Origin: Planctomycetota bacterium
GTDB taxonomy: Bacteria > Planctomycetota > UBA8108 > SXIK01
Assembly: GCA_965223265.1 (NCBI GenBank)
Contig: OZ244999.1
Span: 6,176,001 to 6,240,000 of the forward strand
DNA: 64,000 nt
Reading direction: 5' to 3'
In this document: positions 28,515-35,654 of the stretch, piece by piece
Layout of the letters: every line of letters starts with the position of its first letter
Position numbering within the stretch: the stretch's first letter is position 1
Notes under the pieces: generated by a model
Seen by the model: only the letters and a program-made list of their open reading frames with translations
Database searches by the model: none
Told to the model about the DNA's origin: nothing
Position numbers and translations under genes: made by a program

Positions 28515-28618
28515 CCACCAGAGAGGCGCTCAAAACCACTCAGCCCCACCAACGAGTTTTAGTCTCCCACTCTCTACCACCAAGGCCCCGAGTTTAACCA
28601 CCCGGGGAACCGTGTCAA
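28515..28618 (-). promoter_or_regulatory. dcw promoter with MraZ-box-like GTGG repeats
   Basis: Minus strand TTGACA-N16-TAAACT (28618-28591); CCAC at 28515, 28536, 28546, 28567, 28577, 28598. Confidence 0.7.
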
Positions 28619-28847
28619 CCTGGGTGTTCGTTTTTTTTACGGCGCACGAAAACACTACTATATGTCGCGCCACTGGCTGCAACGACACCACCACAAAAGC
28701 TGCCGACCCTGGCTCCGCCGGAGGCCTCGACTCCTCCGACGAGGTGCGATGTCGCATTTCGGGACGTCTAGCGCGCACCACTGCATTCCACCCACCCCCA
28801 CGCAGGGCGCGCGCCCCGGTTCGCTGCGCGCGGGCTTCGATCGCGTT

Positions 28848-29987
28848 TCAGCGATTGCAGGTGAGAGAGTCCTCGGTCGGATCGACTCCAGCGGTCGGGA
28901 ACGGGGCCGGGACCGGATCTTTTTCGCCTGGCTCGAAGAGAAAATTCAGGATCGAGATCGGATCCGAAATATCGACCGAACCGCTGTCATCGAAGTCTCC
29001 CGCGTCCTCGCAGTCGATCGTCACGTTGGCGACGAAGAGATGGTCCAAAACTGCGATCGCGTCGGAGATATTCACGTCGTTGTCGTCATTCGCATCGCCA
29101 CGGAGGAAGACCGGACCGGTACGAGACACGACGCAGCGCACGCGACACCCCTCAGAGCCGCCGTCAAGAAGCGGCGCCACTTCGTAGACGATGTCACCCG
29201 CAGGCGGCGTTTCGTCGATGAACGATTGCACGCTCGGGATCGGAAAACTCGCCAAGCGTTCACCGTCGCGGTAGATCACCGAACCGCGGACCGCGCCGCC
29301 GTCCGGAATCAGCCATTGAAGCTCGACCGTCGCGTCACGATCGATGCAAGTGACCGCCTCGATCTGCGCTCCGGCGTCGGCGACCGTCACGATCGACGGC
29401 GACGAGAGTGAGGTGTTGAGCGCCAATCCATCGGCGCCGAACACTTTGGAGACCTGATCGATCGGGGGATGACAAGATTCGCTGTTGAACGCAAAACTGG
29501 CTTCGCCGCTCATCGCGCCACGGACACGAAAGACCAGGCGTCCGACGTCAACGGCGTCGCTTTCAAACGGTTGTCCTCCCAGCTCACCAAAACTCGACCC
29601 AATGACCGCAACCACATCGTCAAGACTCCCGTCGTCCCATAAATCCGACACCGTGATCGTGCAATCGGCGAAACCGGAGCCGAAGGGTCGAGCCCCCGCG
29701 GTAGCGACAAACGCATCCACCGCGAGCGATTCGAAACGCACTGGTTCGAAGATCTCTGCCGGATAGCTCACGAAGGCCTGATATCCAGTGACGGACGCCA
29801 CGCTAGGGTTCGTCAGCTGGACCATGACTGCGAGCTCTTCGCCGGCACAGCCGCCGAGGCTCTCCACGCCTGCGATGAGGGACAGGCCCGCGTCCTGAGC
29901 TGAGGCGGTCCTTGCGAGCGTTAGGGACACCACAAGAAAAAGTGCGATCGCGCGGACAAACGGCACGCTTCGACGTCGAGGGAACAT
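28848..29987 (-). CDS. Secreted protein: cohesin-like + Fn3-like + C-terminal dockerin-like domain
   Basis: Signal peptide ...TASA|Q; GEELAVMVQL...VTGYQAFVSYPAEIF; FLRGDANDDNDVNISDAIAVLDHLF...CEDAGDFDDSGSVDISDPISILNFLF. Confidence 0.85.
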   Translation of the reverse strand: MFPRRRSVPFVRAIALFLVVSLTLARTASAQDAGLSLIAGVESLGGCAGEELAVMVQLTNPSVASVTGYQAFVSYPAEIFEPVRFESLAVDAFVATAGARPFGSGFADCTITVSDLWDDGSLDDVVAVIGSSFGELGGQPFESDAVDVGRLVFRVRGAMSGEASFAFNSESCHPPIDQVSKVFGADGLALNTSLSSPSIVTVADAGAQIEAVTCIDRDATVELQWLIPDGGAVRGSVIYRDGERLASFPIPSVQSFIDETPPAGDIVYEVAPLLDGGSEGCRVRCVVSRTGPVFLRGDANDDNDVNISDAIAVLDHLFVANVTIDCEDAGDFDDSGSVDISDPISILNFLFEPGEKDPVPAPFPTAGVDPTEDSLTCNR

Positions 29988-30266
29988 GATGCCTCGCGAG
30001 GGGAAAACGGTCCAAGGTCGCGCCGCAGCTACGACTCCACAGCAGCCTACACAAGAGCTACCTACACCGAAGAGATGCGACGCCCGACAACTGACGCGCG
30101 TTTCTCGTGAGCGTGAAGCTCCCGCCTTGCCTGCGACCATTCGAAGTCTGGCGACAAAGCCAAGAAAACGCGTTGGCTCAACGTTACCACACGCAAACCG
30201 CCGCCAAGAGGCTAAAAAAAAGGCGAACGTGAACGCTTGAGCTGAACAGCGGCGCTGTCGGTTGAA

Positions 30267-30394
30267 CAGCCGCCTGAAAGATCATTCGGCCGAGGAAACT
30301 GGCCTCTTCACGCCCAGACGGACTGCGTCAATACTCGAGAATCCCGATTGCCTGCGTTTGTCGCGGCGAATCTGGACGCGACCCGAACTCGAGG
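30267..30394 (-). mobile_element. MITE copy 3 (inverted, truncated, diverged)
   Basis: CAGCCGCCTGAAAGATCATTCGGCCGAGGAAACTGGCCTCTTCACGCCCAG... matches copy 2; the second TIR is lost. Confidence 0.75.
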
Positions 30395-31219
30395 TTAGAG
30401 GTCCAGGCCCTGCTTGCAATCAAGCCGGCTGAAGTAATCGAGGCTGCCGGGTGCGGGAAACGGGTGCGGCGGAGGCGGCATCGACGGCTCGAACAGGAAC
30501 CTAAGGAGATAGATCGCGTCGGAGATGTCGACCCAATCGTCTAGATTCACATCGCACGCAACCAGACACGAAGGCGGTTCGAATCCGTATGAAAACTGGT
30601 AGTTCAGCACCGCGATCGGATCGGCAATGTCGACCAAAACATCGGAGTTCGCGTCGCCGCGGATAAACATTGTCTTGCGCAGAAGCGTAATCGAACCACC
30701 GCCAAGCTCGTCGACAGGGACGGAAACATCGTCAACGACAAAGAGATTCTGCACGGGTGGTTGAAAGAGGCCGTCGCGAAACTCGAGCTGAATGTCCTCG
30801 GACGCGTCGCTGGAGACTTCCACCAACATGCGCGCCAGGGCCAACGGTTGGCCGATCGCAGGAATCAACTCGCTTTCAAAGGGTGGTTTCACGTCGACAA
30901 GAGCCGCGAGAAAGACGTGACCTTGCTCGCGATCGACTTCGCTGACGAGGAAGTCCGCGCCGATAGCACCGAGGATGGTCTGCGTGAAGTCGATGTTGAC
31001 GATCTCGAGAGCGTCGACGGGATAACTGAACGCAAGCGAGAAGCCCTGGACCGAAACCGCATAGTCGCCTTCGACCGTCAGCTCGATCTGTTGGCCCGGA
31101 AACGCCTCCGCTTCGGGTATCAAGAAACGGAATCCTTCAGCCCGCAATTGAGCCGCACCCAAGACGACCGCGAGAACTGCGGAGACACTGACACTCGTGT
31201 TTCTCACCGCTCTGCACAT
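30395..31219 (-). CDS. Secreted protein: cohesin-like + dockerin-like domain
   Basis: Signal peptide; PGQQIELTV...VQGFSLAFSYPVDALEIV; FIRGDANSDVLVDIADPIAVLNYQF...CDVNLDDWVDISDAIYLLRFLF. Confidence 0.85.
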   Translation of the reverse strand: MCRAVRNTSVSVSAVLAVVLGAAQLRAEGFRFLIPEAEAFPGQQIELTVEGDYAVSVQGFSLAFSYPVDALEIVNIDFTQTILGAIGADFLVSEVDREQGHVFLAALVDVKPPFESELIPAIGQPLALARMLVEVSSDASEDIQLEFRDGLFQPPVQNLFVVDDVSVPVDELGGGSITLLRKTMFIRGDANSDVLVDIADPIAVLNYQFSYGFEPPSCLVACDVNLDDWVDISDAIYLLRFLFEPSMPPPPHPFPAPGSLDYFSRLDCKQGLDL

Positions 31220-31415
31220 GAATCCTCCCCGTTCGACGTCGTAGCCAGACGGTTACGTCAGCAGCCTGTTAGATCAAGAGCGAGACCAAGAACCCGCGCG
31301 TGTCACGGCAGCGGTCACCCGACCGCAGTGGCGCGCCACACACCTAAAGATAAGGTGTTTGGGACGCGAACCGTCCGTAACCAAACCCTTTCGATCATCC
31401 ACGCGACGAAACGAT

Positions 31416-31445
31416 CCAAAACCAGACGGCCCAAAACCAGACGGC
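31416..31445. repeat. 15-bp tandem duplication CCAAAACCAGACGGC x2
   Basis: Seen directly. Confidence 0.75.
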
Positions 31446-31648
31446 CTGTCGTCAGCAAGCCAAATGGCGCTCAAGAGGCCGAGCTAGGTGCGTGATCGGA
31501 CCCAGTGTCGATGTAGCGGATGGACCCTTAGTGTACTGGGACTCCCGGGAGTTGAAAAACTCTAAATCCCCGAAAAGCCACCGTACAACGAGGGCTGGCG
31601 GTCGAATGGCGCGTGAAACCGTTCAGCTAGGCCAAGCTAGGCCAAGCT

Positions 31649-33056
31649 CATAGATTGGGAGGTTAGCCGTAACCGATTATGGGATCGATGTCTACGGTCT
31701 CGAAGGCGTTCTTCGTTTGCGGATTCGTTCGTCCGGCTGTCGATCGCAAGAGGAGAAGAACGCGTTTGAGCATCGCGACAAGGGAGCGCGGCTTCGAGAT
31801 GCAAGCTCGCCCGACGTCCCTGAAGAATGTCCAGCTCAGGTCGGCGGCGATGAACGGTGCGGCATGCTTCCCTGTGTTTCGAAACGCTGAATAGAGTAGG
31901 AACCTTCGGACAAGCACGGCGAGCATGCTCGCCCAGACGAGTCCCTCGACGATGTGAGGATCCTTTGTCTGGAACTTCCGCAAGTTGGTGAACGACTTGC
32001 ATTCTTTGAAAAAGAGCTCGATCTGCCAACGCAGTCTGTAGAGAGCCGCGACGATGCTCGGTGGAAACGCTCTAGGGCACAGCGTAGTCAACAGGTACAC
32101 GTGGACGTCCTTGTGTCTCACATAGAAGATGACGAGCCGAAGGCAGTGGCCTTTCCCTTCGATAAGCAGATCGACGTTGCTCTTGGGAAGTTTCAGATCG
32201 CGAAGTTTCATCCCTTCCGTTGTGCGGTGCTTGAAGGGACCACGGTAGCACTTGCGGATCTTGGGATTGAACGCCTTGTGGCTCATGCGGCCGAGGAAAT
32301 CCCCGCCCGCGGCTCTCACCCGAGCGGGATACTCGTAACTGGTGTACCCCTTGTCCCCCAGGATGAGTTTGCCGGCAACCTCTTCCGGCTCAGGAAGGAA
32401 GTCTCGCTCTGTTTCACTATCGGGCGCGACAGCCACCGCTACCGGTTGGCCGTCGTAGAGACTGTACGTGCAGTGCACTTCGATCGCTGCAGGGGAGATC
32501 TTCGTAAATCGTCCTGGGAAGTAATCGACGAGTGAATCATTTACCTCGAACGAGCTCCCGTCCTGCGCAACGATGTCTTCGAATCGCCGAAGATACCGTG
32601 ATCTGCCGTGTCGAATGGGATCGGACAACTCGCTCATGAACAAGGCCAGCGTCTTACGCATGAACTCCGGAAAGCCGGGAACTGAAAGGCGATCGTGGAA
32701 CGGCTTGTAGGACATCGACTCGCCCGTCAGATCGGTAAACAGTCTCAAGACTGCCGCGAGACTGTTTGTCGTTCCCGATCCCATCGCGGTCACGAACGTC
32801 CAGACCGCACGAATAGGCGTGAACTTTCGCAGCCGCTCGAAGAAAACTGCTTCGGACGCGATCGTGTTGATGCTTTTTTCCGAGAGGACCCGTTTCAACG
32901 CAGACGCACACCGGATAAAATCGTGGCTCATTGTTTGCCCTCCACTTCTTGTTTGGCGATGAGCTGTGGAGGGTTTTTTTACGCGAAAACCAGCGCCCCG
33001 TCGATGAATCGTCGTAAGTCATCGCCACGATGAGACTTACTAACATCCAATCTATG
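31649..33056 (-). mobile_element. IS4-family insertion sequence (1408 bp, ISH8-like ends)
   Basis: Imperfect TIRs CATAGATTGGGAGGTTAG / CTAACATCCAATCTATG; 10-bp target duplication AGGCCAAGCT at 31639-31648 and 33057-33066. Confidence 0.9.
31663..32931 (-). CDS. IS4-family DDE transposase
   Basis: AQDGSS, GDKGY, YRLRWQIELFFKECK (YREK motif); stop codon lies within the TIR. Confidence 0.95.
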   Translation of the reverse strand: MSHDFIRCASALKRVLSEKSINTIASEAVFFERLRKFTPIRAVWTFVTAMGSGTTNSLAAVLRLFTDLTGESMSYKPFHDRLSVPGFPEFMRKTLALFMSELSDPIRHGRSRYLRRFEDIVAQDGSSFEVNDSLVDYFPGRFTKISPAAIEVHCTYSLYDGQPVAVAVAPDSETERDFLPEPEEVAGKLILGDKGYTSYEYPARVRAAGGDFLGRMSHKAFNPKIRKCYRGPFKHRTTEGMKLRDLKLPKSNVDLLIEGKGHCLRLVIFYVRHKDVHVYLLTTLCPRAFPPSIVAALYRLRWQIELFFKECKSFTNLRKFQTKDPHIVEGLVWASMLAVLVRRFLLYSAFRNTGKHAAPFIAADLSWTFFRDVGRACISKPRSLVAMLKRVLLLLRSTAGRTNPQTKNAFETVDIDPIIGYG

Positions 33057-33212
33057 AGGCCAAGCTAAGTCGCGCCCCCTCTTAGCTCGCCGGTTCGGCG
33101 CGTCGTCCTGCCTCTTTGTGGCCTTCCCATGGAAGGCAACGAAGGCGGCTCAAGCGACAGCCTCACCTCGGACGCTGTCTTTCAACGAGCTGATGCGCTA
33201 GCTCGAGGTTAA

Positions 33213-33371
33213 CAGCCTGTTGAAAAAGTGCTTCGAGCCGAAAACTGGTCTCTTCGCGTCCAGATCGGCCGCGGCAAACGCAGGTAATCTCCGAGATTTT
33301 CGAGTATTGACGCGGTCGAGCTGGGCGTGAAGAGGCCGGTTTCTCGGCCGAATGACTTTTTCAACGGGCTG
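33213..33371 (+). mobile_element. MITE copy 4 (159 bp) with perfect TTAA duplication
   Basis: TTAA|CAGCCTGTTGAAAAAGT...ACTTTTTCAACGGGCTG|TTAA. Confidence 0.9.
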
Positions 33372-34268
33372 TTAAGGCGCACACAAGAGCCCGTCCTCGG
33401 TGCGGTCGGCGCCAGGAAAAGGGTAGGGCGCCGGCACGTCAGCGCCGCGCAAGAAGAGAAACTCAAGCGCGAAGATGGCGTCAGCGAGGTCGACGACACC
33501 GTCGTCATTCGTGTCCATGGCGTCGGCACAGCCGGCCACCGTTTGGCCGGCGAAGAGTCGAATGAGGGTCGCAATTGGATCGCCGATGTCGATTTCCCCG
33601 TCCCCTGAAGCGTCGCCGCGGACGAAGTTTTCCTGCACGCGTACCAAACCTGTCATCCCCATCACCTCGTGCGGTCGACAAAAGTAGGGCTGCTCGCCGG
33701 GCGCATCAAATTGGTAGACGAACACCGGCTTGGCGTCGGAAGATTCTTCGTCGAAGAGCGCGCCCGGATCGTCGGCCGGGTTCGACGAAAGTCCGCTAGT
33801 CACCGTGTGAAAATCCTCGTTCGGCTCGTGTTCCCAACGCACCGAGTCGCCCGCAAAGATGCTGACGACTTGGGGCAAGAAAGCGTTGTCGACGACGCCG
33901 ACGCGCACAGTCCTAGCTCCAGATTCGACCTGAATGAATCCCAGCTGACCGGGATTCATGGCGTCAAAGAAACTCACGCCGCTGGCGAGCGCCGCGTCGA
34001 GTTCGAAACGAAAAACCGGATGCATCGCATCGAGTGGCGCAGAGAAGAGGCGTCCTGGCTCATCGGGCGTATCCGGGTCGCCGTCCGGTCGACCGCTCAT
34101 GACAAGGTGTTCCCCAGACCGCCACTCAAAAACCACCTCGCCGCCGCGGGGCACAGTCACGCTCTGCGGCAAGAACGCCGTGCTAAAGAATTGAACCAGC
34201 GCGTCGTCGGCGACTCCGGCAGGAGTCAACAGACAGGCGGCCGCAAGCCACGCAGATCGGCACCGCAT
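33372..34268 (-). CDS. Secreted tandem cupredoxin (plastocyanin-like) + dockerin-like protein
   Basis: Second domain has FHTVTS...YFCRPHEVMGM (H,C,H,M type-1 Cu ligands); first lacks Cys; FVRGDASGDGEIDIGD...DTNDDGVVDLAD. Alternative start 34337. Confidence 0.85.
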   Translation of the reverse strand: MRCRSAWLAAACLLTPAGVADDALVQFFSTAFLPQSVTVPRGGEVVFEWRSGEHLVMSGRPDGDPDTPDEPGRLFSAPLDAMHPVFRFELDAALASGVSFFDAMNPGQLGFIQVESGARTVRVGVVDNAFLPQVVSIFAGDSVRWEHEPNEDFHTVTSGLSSNPADDPGALFDEESSDAKPVFVYQFDAPGEQPYFCRPHEVMGMTGLVRVQENFVRGDASGDGEIDIGDPIATLIRLFAGQTVAGCADAMDTNDDGVVDLADAIFALEFLFLRGADVPAPYPFPGADRTEDGLLCAP

Positions 34269-34637
34269 ATGACGCCGCTCGTCCACGGCACGCGCCGGTT
34301 GGGTGCGATCAAACTTCGATCGAAAGATTGATTCCACGTGATCTCACTCGAGTTGGCTCTGTCGCGCTCAGACTCGGTCGGTGGCTACCCGCGACGGTCA
34401 ACGTACATACCGAGAAACGCTGACGCAGGTAGCCGCGAGCTCACGAAACGCACTGAATGGCGATCGGAGACGAACACGTTCAGGAAGAAAAAAAGAGCCG
34501 TGAAAATCGCAAACGTTCGAGAGACAGCATACCGCGTGCCACAGAGACGAGCGATGACTACTCGTGGGATTTCACGGATTTCCAGTGGCATTCGAAACGC
34601 AAATCGCGGCGCGCGTTGGGCGCAAACATGCCCTGGT

Positions 34638-34666
34638 TTGACAGCATGATGGAGGTATGATAACTT
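34638..34666 (+). promoter_or_regulatory. Sigma70-type promoter with extended -10
   Basis: TTGACA-N17-TAACTT with TG immediately upstream of the -10 (TGaTAACTT). Confidence 0.6.
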
Positions 34667-34968
34667 TCTTCCGAGATCGAAAAACGCAGAACAAAGCGGC
34701 GTGACGGCAGAGAAAGACGCCAAACAAACGACCACGCTGATGCCGACAGTAGAGATGATCATTGTCGAGGTTGAGTCTTCGCGCCAAGTGTTCCGAGGGA
34801 GCCTCCTCGGTTGAATCTTCAACTTCAGATGCTGAGTCTGGTCAGTAGGTCACCTCGAAGCGCTCGGCGCGAAACCTTTTCGTCGAGACCGCCCTCATCG
34901 GCGGCAATCTTCACCACGCGCTGACTCGCCTCCCGCCGGCGAGCCCACCACCAAATCGGGAACACACG

Positions 34969-35301
34969 ATGTGCCACAACTGCCCCCTACGTCGTACGTG
35001 CACTTGCATCTGCATGTACGTCGAAGGCGAGCTCCCGAGTATGGAGGCTGGCCGCGTCGACCATGAAGATCTCCAGCGTCTCCACCACGGCATGACTATG
35101 ACGCGGGCGCTCCTCGACCACGAAGCGCTTCTGACGCGTCGCCAGCGCGAGGTCGTCCAGCTCTACTTCCGCGAGAACCTGCAGCAGCAACAAATCGCGG
35201 AACGCCTTGGGATCTCGCAGCAGGCTGTCGGAGATTCGCTCGCGCGCGCTCGAAGCGCTGTTGGCGCGCGCCTCAAGAGCACGATGACCAGCGTCGATTG
35301 A
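34969..35301 (+). CDS. Small Cys-rich protein with sigma70 region-4-like HTH
   Basis: N-terminal CHNCPLRRTCTCIC; LTRRQREVVQLYFRENLQQQQIAERLGISQQAVGDSLARAR. Confidence 0.8.
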   Translation: MCHNCPLRRTCTCICMYVEGELPSMEAGRVDHEDLQRLHHGMTMTRALLDHEALLTRRQREVVQLYFRENLQQQQIAERLGISQQAVGDSLARARSAVGARLKSTMTSVD

Positions 35302-35495
35302 CGATCTGGGCATAGACCCGGGGCGAGCACCCCCGCAGGCGTGCATAGTGCCCTCAGCCATGGCGCAGTGGTGCCACAGCAAGCCGCAGACAAGAGCTGC
35401 GGAGGACGCCGGGTGCTCACGCCCGAACAGCCACCTGCCAGACGCGGCGCGCCCACGCGATTTGTTGCCCCAGCGCCGACACCGTGCGAGAGAAA

Positions 35496-35524
35496 TTGAC
35501 TAGAGTTAGCAGCGTCAGTATACT
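35496..35524 (+). promoter_or_regulatory. Sigma70-type promoter
   Basis: TTGACT-N17-TATACT, about 130 bp upstream of ATG 35655. Confidence 0.7.
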
Positions 35525-35654
35525 CGCAGCGGGAAACTTCTCCGGAAGAAGCACCGGAGAGATGGGTATTCCCGCCGATGGCCTCTCCCCGGCACCCGAA
35601 TCTATCCTTCCGCCTCCTTCGAGACACAACTCGCCAGTTCGTGTGGAGAAATCT

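Noticed and set aside
34587-34632. Sigma54 promoters (TGGCATTCGAAACGCA; TGGGCGCAAACATGC)
   Set aside because: GG-N10-GC spacing is present but the -12 elements lack TTGC; the adjacent sigma70 match is stronger.
35484-35654. N-terminal extension of the large secreted protein
   Set aside because: It contains a consensus sigma70 promoter; the RBS and signal peptide support ATG 35655.
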